Under the pieces are notes generated by a model that ran no database searches, had not been told where the DNA came from, and was given only the letters and a program-made list of their open reading frames with translations. Below are positions 1 to 9,234 of a stretch of 64,000 nt of DNA, piece by piece. Location: NCBI GenBank assembly GCA_965248265.1, contig CBDFJF010000002.1, positions 224,001 to 288,000 on the forward strand, given 5' to 3'. Both the position numbers and the translations under genes were made by a program. How positions within the stretch are numbered: position 1 is the stretch's first letter; each line of letters starts with the position of its first letter. Origin of the DNA: Candidatus Latescibacterota bacterium. GTDB lineage: Bacteria; Latescibacterota; UBA2968; UBA8231.

Positions 1-1518
1 GGAGGGCACACCAACAGCGCAGCGGGGCAATTCAGCTTTGCTGCAGGCAGGCGGGCGAAGGCCAACCACGACGGCGCCTTTGTGTGGGGTGATCAGACGG
101 ATGGGGATTTCACTTCTACCGCCGTAGATCAGTTTCTGATACGAGCCGGTGGCGGGGTCGGCATCGGTACGACGAGTCCGCAGCGAAATTTGGAAGTAGT
201 ATCAGACAATGAATCTAATGGTATTCGTATACGCTCACAGAATACCAGCGGTCGCCCAGTGCTGGATTTTCTTCACGGTGCAGGTGCTGCTGGAACTGGC
301 GCTGTCGTCAACGGCAGCGTACTTGGAATCATAGATTTTGGGGGGCATGATGGTATTAGCCTCGTTTCAGCCGCAGCTCGTATCCGGGCTTTGGCCGCCA
401 CTAACTGGAACGCCAGTAACCATGACGTCAACCTTGTATTTCAAACAACACAAGGCACCTCAAACACTGAAAAAATGCGGATCACAGCCAGTGGCAACGT
501 CGGCATCGGCACCACAAACGCAACTCACAAGCTGAGTTTCGCCAACGTGACTGGATCGAAGATTGATCTGTTTGACGATACCACAACGCCTCCAAACTAC
601 GGTTTCGGTGTAGAAGCTTCAGAGCTAAGAATAGCTACGGCAAACTCCACGACTTTTTACTCTGGAGGTTATGGTGGCACACAAAGGATGGTGATCGATG
701 GAAGCGGCAACGTCGGCATAGGCGCCACGCCTACAGCTCGACTCCATGTGCAGGAAACAGCCAACCCAGCAGCTCTTTTTAATCGTTCATCATCCGATGG
801 TGTCATTATTTCCATTCGCCAGGACGGCACCGAAGAGGGCACGATCTCCGTATCCGGCACTACCATCTCTTACAATGCCTTCACCGGCTCTCACTACGGC
901 TGGACCGATCAATCGATTGAAACCGCCACCCTCGTCACCCTGACAGGGGACAACCGCCGTCTGCAAAACAACCCGGACTCCGAAATCATCTACGGGGTCA
1001 CCCCGTCAGCCGTCCCCAACGATCCGAAGATCCTGGGAGCCTATCTCAGCCTGCAGGAATCCACTGACCCCGCTGGCCCCGATAACCCCCATTTGGTTAT
1101 GGCCGTAGGCAATGGCGAGATGTGGGTGGTCGATGACGGCCAGGACGTTGAGATCGGTGACCATCTGATCTCCTCTGAGGTCGCAGGTCACGCCATGCGG
1201 GATACCGGTGAGTTTCCGGTCAGCCACATCGTGGCTATTGCTGTCGAGCCTGTAAACTGGAACGTGGTCGAGGAATCGGTCGATGGCCGCAAGCACCGGC
1301 GGATTTCGGTGCTGTTCGAGCGTTTTGCGATGAATCACGCAGTGCAGACAGCGGCAGAATCTGCGGAGTTGACTCTGGTGAAGGCCGAGTTGTCGGAACT
1401 GCGATCCGAGAAAGAGACATTGGCTCGGAGTAACGATGAGTTGCGAACACAGTTGGACGCACTGACCGCTGTCGTGCAAAGGCTGGAGGAGTCACAGCTA
1501 AAGATGGCGGCGAGGTGA
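1..1518 (+). CDS. Tail-fibre-like mosaic protein 1, 5'-truncated by window edge; GNVGIG modules, FTGSH-type C-terminal domain, coiled coil
   Basis: Frame is open from base 1 (GGHTNSAAGQFSFAAGRRAKANHDGAFVW), matching the equivalent segment of 3606..7625. Three GxVGIG repeats; C-terminal ELSELRSEKE coiled coil shared with paralog 2. Confidence 0.85.
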   Translation, partial: GGHTNSAAGQFSFAAGRRAKANHDGAFVWGDQTDGDFTSTAVDQFLIRAGGGVGIGTTSPQRNLEVVSDNESNGIRIRSQNTSGRPVLDFLHGAGAAGTGAVVNGSVLGIIDFGGHDGISLVSAAARIRALAATNWNASNHDVNLVFQTTQGTSNTEKMRITASGNVGIGTTNATHKLSFANVTGSKIDLFDDTTTPPNYGFGVEASELRIATANSTTFYSGGYGGTQRMVIDGSGNVGIGATPTARLHVQETANPAALFNRSSSDGVIISIRQDGTEEGTISVSGTTISYNAFTGSHYGWTDQSIETATLVTLTGDNRRLQNNPDSEIIYGVTPSAVPNDPKILGAYLSLQESTDPAGPDNPHLVMAVGNGEMWVVDDGQDVEIGDHLISSEVAGHAMRDTGEFPVSHIVAIAVEPVNWNVVEESVDGRKHRRISVLFERFAMNHAVQTAAESAELTLVKAELSELRSEKETLARSNDELRTQLDALTAVVQRLEESQLKMAAR

Positions 1519-1550
1519 ACCCGATTCGCGAATAGGTCGGTAGGGGAGGG
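1512..1550. repeat. Conserved downstream flank motif, copy 1
   Basis: GAGGTGAACCCGATTCGC is identical at 1512-1529 and 7708-7725; similarity continues to GGGAGGG. Confidence 0.75.
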
Positions 1551-2060
1551 AGTACACAGCACCCACGGTAGGGCTGAACCTCTGCTCCTCAGCCTATGAC
1601 ATGGGAAAATCCAAGATCGGGTCGCACCGCATGCTTATCCTGGCTGCATGTCGGCCCACAATATCGCTCAAGCGGTCACACCGGACTTGCGCCCTCTCTA
1701 TTACCTGCGCATCGCCAGAGGCCACCAGAACCGCCCTACACGACCAGAGGACGTTATCGGCTATGTCGCCTGGAATCGGAAGGCATGGCCGTTCAGATAC
1801 ACGACAGCCATTGAGTGGAGCGCTGACGAGGTGACGCGGGAAATCATCGAGCTTGAGCGACAGATGATGGAGCCGCGCCAATACAAGAGTTTTGAGCCGT
1901 TCCCGTGATCTACTACCTCCACTTCCACACCAGTCCCCGGGAGGTCCAGGAGGACGAAGTGCGAGTTCATCATCAACAAAATCAACAACTGGGCGAATCC
2001 TGAGATGCAGGAGGACAGGTCGGAACAGTTGCTGAAGGGCGAGCAGGTTGCCATGCGTTG

Positions 2061-2777
2061 TCAGTGAGGTTCGACGGACCGTTCAAGCAACTCCTGAAGC
2101 GGTTCGGGAAAGCTCGTGTAAATCGCTACGGGCACGTCCGGCCACATCCAGTTGTGCGGACGATGGATGTATTTCGGAATGTACGCGATATTCGCACCCA
2201 CCCGGTGCCGGTCGGCAGTTGTGTTGGCGGCGCTGCGGTGCCAGAGAAAGCCGTTCCAGATCAGAAGTGATCCGGCCGGGCCGTCGGCCGTGACCTCGCG
2301 GGTGGGGTCCGGCTCGACCGTGGGGCGCTTGCCCCATCGATGGCTGCCCGGCACGACCCGCGTGCCGCCGTTTTCTGCCGTGAAATCCGTGAGCATCCAC
2401 ATGGTTTGGAGGAACATGGGCCAGGGGGGATAGGGTTCAGGGACAGGGGGCCAGTCCGAATGAAGTTCGCCGTCCGCCGCTCCGGGCTTCACCCACTTGA
2501 TGCAGACACTGTTGGCCAGAAAAAACGGCCAGCCGAAGAAGTGCTTCCCGATCTCCAACACGACCGGATGGGCACAGAGGGGCGCCAGTTCGGGCATCTG
2601 GATCAGTGCCCCTTCCAGATTACCGTACCCGTTCTTTTCATTGACCTTTCCGATCTTATCGGTCATCAGTTGCCGGGCCCGGGACTCGAAGCGAGCGGCC
2701 TCCACCGCGTCCACAAGGCCTTCCACCACGCAGTAGCCCTGCTCTTCGATCCGTCTGCATGCCGTTTGGGTATCCAT
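2061..2777 (-). CDS. Phytanoyl-CoA dioxygenase (PhyH) family protein
   Basis: LHSD iron motif, ENGGTRVVPGSH, LWHRSAAN..R. Confidence 0.9.
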   Translation of the reverse strand: MDTQTACRRIEEQGYCVVEGLVDAVEAARFESRARQLMTDKIGKVNEKNGYGNLEGALIQMPELAPLCAHPVVLEIGKHFFGWPFFLANSVCIKWVKPGAADGELHSDWPPVPEPYPPWPMFLQTMWMLTDFTAENGGTRVVPGSHRWGKRPTVEPDPTREVTADGPAGSLLIWNGFLWHRSAANTTADRHRVGANIAYIPKYIHRPHNWMWPDVPVAIYTSFPEPLQELLERSVEPH

Positions 2778-2992
2778 GGTTTGTCGGTCTCAAGGGATGG
2801 GGCGAGTTTCCCGCCGCGTTGGGGGTGCACCAGTAGCACCTTAGAAGGAGCCCCTACGGTGGATTTAGTACTTGTTCCAACTGGTCTGCAAGGATGATCG
2901 TATCTGTCGTACAAGTGCCGGGCAGCAGCACGAGAGCTATGTGGCTACTACGAACATGACACCTCCTCTTGGGGCAATGGGTGCAGCACGTC

Positions 2993-3165
2993 CCTACCCA
3001 AATGCCCTGCTCGTAAGGAACTTCCGCTGCTCCTTCTCGCTTCTCTGCAAGAAACACGATCCGCATTGCCTACGAGCGGCTGAACCATCCAACCGTTAGC
3101 TGATCGATAGCATCTACTTCAGTCTGAGATAGACGCACTGTAACCACCACTTCCTGTTTCGCCAT
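2993..3165 (-). pseudogene. Disrupted ribbon-helix-helix (CopG-like) gene
   Basis: MAKQEVVVTVRLSQTEVDAIDQL...SRS*AMRIV; TAG at 3070-3072 falls where SRS(E)AMR is expected. A plausible C-terminus FLQRSEKEQRKFLTSRAFG* lies in a shifted frame. Confidence 0.45.
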
Positions 3166-3386
3166 AGGATAAACTCGCGTGTCTGGTAGCCCAAGCCCAA
3201 AAAGGGGATGGCATCTACTCCCGACAGAACAAACGCCGTATGATGAGTTCCAGGTGCGGCAATTACTCACCAACGGACAGCTTATGGGGGTAGAAGTGGG
3301 GGTATTTCCAATAGACATTTCATAAAATGATCTGCGCCGCAATGGGTTACGGCGGACATGCGGTGGACGCCGCCTCCACCATATTG

Positions 3387-3430
3387 AAAAGGGCGCAACT
3401 CTCTGACTTTGGGGGTTGCGCCTTTTCTTG
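3387..3430 (+). terminator. Intrinsic terminator-like hairpin
   Basis: AAAAGGGCGCAACTC...GGGTTGCGCCTTTT followed by a T-rich tail; conserved at 9254-9294. Confidence 0.7.
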
Positions 3431-3543
3431 TTCTGGGTCGCATGGTGGGCACTGTGTCAGTGCCCGTTCTACGGTACAGAATCATTGTGGCTAAAGCATG
3501 GGAATACAAACTCCCAATAACGGCCAAGAACGAGTAAAAATCG

Positions 3544-3600
3544 TCGGAAAGAGGTTTGACAAGACTTATACTGAGTAGAATGAATCCCACTCAGGAGACT
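3544..3600 (+). promoter_or_regulatory. Putative promoter (-10 TATACT), CTGAGT-N12-ACTCAG inverted repeat and AGGAG RBS
   Basis: TATACT at 3567-3572, inverted repeat 3571-3594, RBS just upstream of ATG 3606; conserved in copy 2. Confidence 0.5.
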
Positions 3601-3605
3601 TTCTG

Positions 3606-6600
3606 ATGAAACGGCTGTTACTACTCGCATCATTGTGGCTCGCTGCCCTTTCGACCGTACAGGCCCAGGAGACGGTACCTAAGACGATCGCCTATATGGG
3701 CTACCTAACGGACGCCTCAGGGGACGTTGTCGATGATGGCGACCACACGATCACCTTTCGCCTTTATGAGCAGGCAGCAGGGGGTGTCGTGGTATGGGAG
3801 ACGAGCCGTACGGTGACGACGGGCGACGGGCTCTTCAGTGTGGTGCTGGGCGAGATCGCGTCCCTGGAAGCCGTGTCGTTTGACCGGCCCTATTACCTGG
3901 GCATTTCGATCGGCGCTGGCGATGAGCTGGCCCCACGCATACCCCTGGTAGCCTCTGCCTACAGCCTTCATGCCAAGAGTGTCGAAGCGGGTGCCGTGGG
4001 TACGGAGCAGCTTGCCGATGACTCGGTGACCGGCGCCAAGGTAGCGGATGCCGCAGTAGGCACGGCGCAGTTAGCCGACGGCTCTGTGACCGCGGACAAG
4101 GTTGCGGATGCAGCGATCACGAGCGACGAGCTGGCGGCTGACGCGGTGACGGCAGTCAAGATCGCCTCGGGTGCCGTGGTCACGAGCGTGAACAATGTCA
4201 CCGGTGGGGTCACGGTCACGGGTGGCGACAACGTATCCGTGGCCACCAATGGCAGCATCGTGACTATTACGGCCACAGGCTCAGAGCTGGCCGATGATTC
4301 CGTGACTTCGGCCAAGATCGCCGCCGACGCGGTAACGGCGGCACAAATCGCGGCTGATGCGGTGGGCAATTCCGAACTGGCAGATGTCGCTGTGTCCACC
4401 GCCAAGCTCCAGGATGCCTCCGTGACGGCAGCGAAGCTGGCCACGGACACAGCGGTGCTGAGCCTGAACGAGGCCACCAACGACGTAACACTGGTCGAGG
4501 GTGCCAACATCGACATCGTTCGCGTGGGACAGAACATCACGATCTCGACGACGGGTGGTAATGAGGTCGGTACGGGCGACATCGCGGATAACTCGATCAC
4601 GAGTGCGAAGATCATCGACAGCGCGATCGCGGAGGCGGATCTGGGTGCCGATGCCGTAACGAGTGCCAAGATCGCCGATGGCACCATCGCCGCTGCAGAC
4701 ATAGCGGGTGGCGCTGTCGGCAGTGCGGAACTGGCCGCTGACGCCGTCACTTCGGCGAAGATTGGTGATGGCACCATACTGGCTGCCGACATCGCCGCTG
4801 CTCAGGTAGTCACCAGCGTCAACAGCCTGGAAGACGCCGTCACTCTGGCAGCGGGGTCCAACATTACCATCACCCCAGCCGGTAACACGCTTACCATCGA
4901 CGCCACGGCTGGGGGTGACATTACCGGCGTAACGGCGGGTACGGGCCTTGCCAATGGCGGCACCACCGGTGATGTAACCCTCGATATCGCTGCAGGCGGA
5001 GTCGGTACCACGGAACTGGCCGCAACTGCGGTCACGACAGCCAAGATCGCCGCTGATGCGGTCACCTCGGCTGAGATTGCCAATGCGACGATAGTGGCCG
5101 GTGATGTGGCCGCAGGGGCCGTGGTCAAGACGGTGAACAGCCTCACGGACGCAGTGACCCTGGCTGCGGGTACCAACATGGCGATTACTCCGTCAGGCAA
5201 CACCCTGACCTTTGCCGCTACTGACACAGATACCGACACCCAGAACACCCTCGACGGAGCTTACGACGAAGGTGGAGCAGGAGTTGGCCGTACCATCACG
5301 GCAGACAATGGTGCGGTTGATATCGCCGGGACCGATGGACTGCAGGTCACAAACGGCAGCGTGCTCTTTACTGGCGCCAGCGGCACTACTCCGACCAGCG
5401 GTGCAGGCACACGCATGATGTGGATACCGGCGAAGAAAGCCTTCCGGGCAGGCATCATTGCCGGAACGCAATGGGATGACGCCAACATCGGCGATGAGTC
5501 CACGGTCACTGGTGGAGGTGACAACATCGCCTCGGGACAGCGGTCTGTTGTCAGCGGCGGGGTTACGAACACGGCGAGCGGTATTACATCCACCGTCGGC
5601 GGCGGCCAACTCAATACGGCCACAGCGCTAAATGCGACGGTTGCGGGTGGAACCTTCAACGATGCGACCTTCGGCGCCGCCACCGTCGGAGGTGGCTCCA
5701 GCAATACCGCCTCTACAGTTGGGTCCACGGTCTCAGGAGGCAGCGGCAATACCGCAAATGGGAACACCGCCACCGTCGGCGGAGGCAATGCCAACACCGC
5801 GAGCGGTCAAGACGCCGTTGTAGCCGGCGGTAGCAACAATGTGGCCAGTGGAGATCGCTCCATGATCCCAGGCGGCCTTCAAAACACCGCCGCGGGGCTC
5901 TACAGCTTCGCCGGAGGTCGGCGCGCCAAAGCCAACCACACAGGGGCCTTTGTCTGGGCTGATCAGACGGACGCCGACTTCGCATCGACGGCGGTTGATC
6001 AATTCCTGATTCGCGCGTCTGGTGGAGTCGGCATCGGCACGACTACTCCGGGTGCCCGATTAGAGAGCAATGATGCGGCGGGTCTTCCCGCTACCTCTGG
6101 ATCTACTCAGACCGGATCCATGATTCGGGCGCGTAGCGGAAACGGAGTGGTAGATATTGGGATCAATACCAATGGTGATGGCTGGATTCAAAACTCCGAC
6201 GCCACCAATCTCGGTATCAACTACAACCTTCTGCTTAACCCAAACGGCGGCAACGTCGGCATCGGCACGACGAGTCCGAGCGTTCCGTTACATGTCGATC
6301 TCCCGGGAGCTGGTCATGAGGTTCGTATAGACAAGGATGTTGACTGGGTCGGCAGTGGTTGGACACATCTTCGTCTTAGCGACGCTACGACCCCGAACAA
6401 AATGCTCCGTATTGGGTATAGCGCTGTAGGTGATTTTGCTGTGCTACAGAGCCAAGAAGCTGGTGTAGGTTTCAAACCATTGACTCTGAATCCGAATGGC
6501 GGCGATGTCGGAATCGGCACGACGAGTCCGAGCGGTAAATTTCACGTCAACCTGGCCACAAATGAAACGGCACTGCTGGGCACTTCGTCAGCATCCGGGA

Positions 6601-7625
6601 TATGGGGCGTGAACGGAGGACTACTGAGCCAGTCAAGTATTTTCCAGATCGTCAGCACGGCTGCGAACCCGATGATTTTCTACACCGGGGGGACCTACAA
6701 CACTATGACAGCTGGCACAGAGAGGATGATAATAGAGAGCAGCGGCAACGTCGGCATCGGCACGACGACTCCAGGTTCTATCCTGGAGGTGAAACCGGCG
6801 GCAAATGGCGGCGTTCACGTCGTGAATTCCGGTCTGGCAAATGGGGAATACACGAGGCTCGCACTGGGAAAAAGCCCTGGAAATAATGAAGCCTTTTTCC
6901 TAATCGGAACCTACCATGCTACCGATGCAAGTCGAAAGCTCACGATCGGAACCAGTGAAAGTTGGGGAGGCACCGAGAATCTGGTTTTGACGGGTGAGGG
7001 CAAAGTCGGGATCGGCGCGACTAGCCCCACGGAAAAGCTGACAGTCGCAGGTCATGTCGCGCCCGCTACAGATGGCGTCTACACAAGCGGCACCTCCGGG
7101 CTCAAGTGGAGCGCTGTCTGGGCAACGAATGGCACCATACAGACCTCGGACCGCCGTCTGAAAGAGAATATCGAGGACAGTCCCTACGGGCTTGATGAAG
7201 TGATGGATATGCGTCCGGTCTCCTACACGTGGTTAGATCGAGCCGAGCAAGGTCGCAAGATCGGGTTGATCGCTCAGGAAATGCAGCCAATAGTCTCCGA
7301 AGTCGTGCAAGTGGGTGACGATGAGCGCAACACGCTCGGACTGAACTACTCCGATATAGTCCCTGTTCTGATCAAGGCCATCCAGGAGCAGCAGGAGATC
7401 ATAAAGCTACAGCGCGAGCAATTCGAGAGACACGAAGCGAACGAGCTTGCGAATGTGGAGCTGAGTCAGGTGAAGGAGGAGCTGTCGGAGCTGCGATCGG
7501 AGAAGGAGAAGCTGGCTCTGCACAATGAAGAGTTGCAAATGCAGTTGGAGGCGCTAACGGCTGCAGTGCGGAGGCTGGAAGCGATGGCGGCTGTGGAAGC
7601 GGAAATAGAGCTGGCGGCGAGATAA
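3606..7625 (+). CDS. Secreted tail-fibre-like mosaic protein 2 with peptidase S74 intramolecular chaperone
   Basis: Signal peptide MKRLLLLASLWLAALSTVQA, N-terminal VPKTIAYMGYLTD domain, ADDSVTSAKI stalk repeats, GGxxNxAxG YadA-like repeats, five GxVGIG repeats, TSDRRLKENI S74 motif, coiled coil. Confidence 0.9.
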   Translation: MKRLLLLASLWLAALSTVQAQETVPKTIAYMGYLTDASGDVVDDGDHTITFRLYEQAAGGVVVWETSRTVTTGDGLFSVVLGEIASLEAVSFDRPYYLGISIGAGDELAPRIPLVASAYSLHAKSVEAGAVGTEQLADDSVTGAKVADAAVGTAQLADGSVTADKVADAAITSDELAADAVTAVKIASGAVVTSVNNVTGGVTVTGGDNVSVATNGSIVTITATGSELADDSVTSAKIAADAVTAAQIAADAVGNSELADVAVSTAKLQDASVTAAKLATDTAVLSLNEATNDVTLVEGANIDIVRVGQNITISTTGGNEVGTGDIADNSITSAKIIDSAIAEADLGADAVTSAKIADGTIAAADIAGGAVGSAELAADAVTSAKIGDGTILAADIAAAQVVTSVNSLEDAVTLAAGSNITITPAGNTLTIDATAGGDITGVTAGTGLANGGTTGDVTLDIAAGGVGTTELAATAVTTAKIAADAVTSAEIANATIVAGDVAAGAVVKTVNSLTDAVTLAAGTNMAITPSGNTLTFAATDTDTDTQNTLDGAYDEGGAGVGRTITADNGAVDIAGTDGLQVTNGSVLFTGASGTTPTSGAGTRMMWIPAKKAFRAGIIAGTQWDDANIGDESTVTGGGDNIASGQRSVVSGGVTNTASGITSTVGGGQLNTATALNATVAGGTFNDATFGAATVGGGSSNTASTVGSTVSGGSGNTANGNTATVGGGNANTASGQDAVVAGGSNNVASGDRSMIPGGLQNTAAGLYSFAGGRRAKANHTGAFVWADQTDADFASTAVDQFLIRASGGVGIGTTTPGARLESNDAAGLPATSGSTQTGSMIRARSGNGVVDIGINTNGDGWIQNSDATNLGINYNLLLNPNGGNVGIGTTSPSVPLHVDLPGAGHEVRIDKDVDWVGSGWTHLRLSDATTPNKMLRIGYSAVGDFAVLQSQEAGVGFKPLTLNPNGGDVGIGTTSPSGKFHVNLATNETALLGTSSASGIWGVNGGLLSQSSIFQIVSTAANPMIFYTGGTYNTMTAGTERMIIESSGNVGIGTTTPGSILEVKPAANGGVHVVNSGLANGEYTRLALGKSPGNNEAFFLIGTYHATDASRKLTIGTSESWGGTENLVLTGEGKVGIGATSPTEKLTVAGHVAPATDGVYTSGTSGLKWSAVWATNGTIQTSDRRLKENIEDSPYGLDEVMDMRPVSYTWLDRAEQGRKIGLIAQEMQPIVSEVVQVGDDERNTLGLNYSDIVPVLIKAIQEQQEIIKLQREQFERHEANELANVELSQVKEELSELRSEKEKLALHNEELQMQLEALTAAVRRLEAMAAVEAEIELAAR

Positions 7626-7707
7626 GGGTTTCGAGGAACAAGGACTGCGGCGCTCTCGTCCTGCTATCGCAACTCCTTGACCTACGGTTTGGTGCCCCGC
7701 CTCATGG

Positions 7708-7744
7708 GAGGTGAACCCGATTCGCCAATCGGCTGATGGGAGGG
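7708..7744. repeat. Conserved downstream flank motif, copy 2
   Basis: Matches 1512-1550. Confidence 0.75.
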
Positions 7745-7897
7745 CATATATACTCCCCCATATTTTAACCCAGAAATCTCCACCCTGGCCCTGTTGGTAG
7801 CCCTTCCGAATCTCCGTAGCCTATTGAACAATCCCGGCGGTCACAAAGACCAGCCAGGAGGGAATCTAACTGTGCTGGAGGGTGAAAGGATCAATAG

Positions 7898-8470
7898 ATG
7901 AAAGCGGCACTACTGTTATTGCTGACATTAGGGTTGAGCAGTACCGTTCATGCTCAGCCCGGCCAATGGCAGTTCACGATAAACAACAATTGGGGTTATA
8001 CGGTTGTCGATGTCCCCGCCGCCGTGGAGATACCCGAGATTTCCGGCGGCGAGGGATTATCTGATTGGAATCAGTTCAACTATCGAGGTTTGGCGCAGTT
8101 CCTATACCGCAGCTCGGAGACCGTCTCTTTCGGTCCCGAGATCGGGGTAAGCAGGCTCTACTTCTGGGAGGAGCGCTATGTCCCCATCGGCCTGAGTCCA
8201 CGCTACCGATGGGAAACGGTGTGGACTTGGTTTGCGGGAGGCTTGGTGCGGCTCGACTTAGGGGCCGCCTACTACGTCATGGCAGGCGCCAGCATCCATA
8301 CCTTCTTCAACGGGACCGGTACGACGGTCGGCATTCCCCTGGGGGTCGGCTATACTCTCGTCGTTACCGACCGCTTTAGCATCCCTCTCGAATTTCGAGT
8401 CGATATCGTCTTTGGCGATGCCGTTCCCATCGGTCTGGGCGGCGGCGTTGGCCTGCAGTTCAACCTGTGA
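7898..8470 (+). CDS. Outer-membrane beta-barrel protein
   Basis: Signal peptide, alternating hydrophobic strands, C-terminal GVGLQFNL strand. Confidence 0.7.
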   Translation: MKAALLLLLTLGLSSTVHAQPGQWQFTINNNWGYTVVDVPAAVEIPEISGGEGLSDWNQFNYRGLAQFLYRSSETVSFGPEIGVSRLYFWEERYVPIGLSPRYRWETVWTWFAGGLVRLDLGAAYYVMAGASIHTFFNGTGTTVGIPLGVGYTLVVTDRFSIPLEFRVDIVFGDAVPIGLGGGVGLQFNL

Positions 8471-8677
8471 GCACCCAGACCCTCATCCCGACGCGGCTAC
8501 GTCCGAACAAACCGCATTTGAAACGCCTGCTTTTTGAGACTAGATCGGTTTGAGGTTCAACTCCCGCAAATGGCCCCATTCCTTGCGCGAAAGACAGAAT
8601 CGATCTGTGCCTCCGCGTTGCAGAAGGCGGAGGTCGATTCTATGTTCACATTGGGAATGCTGAAAGGACAAGAGCAA

Positions 8678-8899
8678 ATGCAATCCGTGGATTTGTCGCG
8701 TGTAGTGCACGTCGACCCTGAGATCTTGGGCGGGACGCCAGTCTTCGTCGGCACTCGGGTGCCAATCAGAAGTCTTTTCGACCATCTTGAGGGTGGAGAT
8801 TCCATAGAGGACTTCCTGCGCGGTTTCCCAAGCGTGAAACGCGAGCAGGTGATCGGAATCCTGGAGGAATCTCGCCACCGCGTTCTCGCCCCGTCCTGA
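8678..8899 (+). CDS. DUF433 family antitoxin (VapB45-like)
   Basis: DPEILGGTPVFVGTRVPI...GDSIEDFLRGFP signature. Confidence 0.9.
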   Translation: MQSVDLSRVVHVDPEILGGTPVFVGTRVPIRSLFDHLEGGDSIEDFLRGFPSVKREQVIGILEESRHRVLAPS

Positions 8900-8908
8900 T
8901 TTGAGATC

Positions 8909-9220
8909 TTGCTCGACGAAAATCTGGATTGGCGACTTCAAGACAGCCTACCAGACCACCAAGTCGACTCCGTCGCTCGTCTTGGTTGGGCGGGTATCAA
9001 GAACGGAGAACTGTTGGAGCGAGCTCAAGATCGATTCGACGTTCTGATCACGATGGACAGCAACTTGCCCTGGCAGCAAAATCTCGAACGTTTCGACCTC
9101 TCAGTGATCGCTCTACGAGCTACATCGAACCGATTGTCGGATACTCGGCCACTCATGGAGCAGGTCACAGTTATTCTCCCCACACTCAAGGCTGGAAGGC
9201 TTGTTGTCGTGGCGACGTAG
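8909..9220 (+). CDS. DUF5615 PIN-like toxin (VapC45-like)
   Basis: LLDENL...GWAGIKNGELL...LITMDSNL, directly after DUF433; start codon uncertain (TTG). Confidence 0.85.
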   Translation: MLDENLDWRLQDSLPDHQVDSVARLGWAGIKNGELLERAQDRFDVLITMDSNLPWQQNLERFDLSVIALRATSNRLSDTRPLMEQVTVILPTLKAGRLVVVAT

Positions 9221-9234
9221 CTACGTGACTATGT

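Larger units (their letters stand above)
3368..3605 (+). repeat. Duplicated fibre-gene leader, copy 1 (tmRNA/tRNA 3'-like end, terminator, promoter/RBS)
   Basis: Aligns by eye with 9235-9460; begins CGCCGCCTCCACCA. Confidence 0.8.

Noticed and set aside
3300-3381. Complete tmRNA or tRNA gene
   Set aside because: Only about 14 nt of 3' end is recognisable; no TTCGA loop or 5' acceptor strand.
3556-3581. TTGACA/TAGAAT sigma70 promoter
   Set aside because: The spacer is only 14 nt and TTGACA is TTCACA in leader 2.
3968-5797. Long antisense ORFs over fibre 2 (and 9958-11424 over fibre 3)
   Set aside because: Shadow frames of repetitive Ala/Thr/Gly-rich coding sequence.
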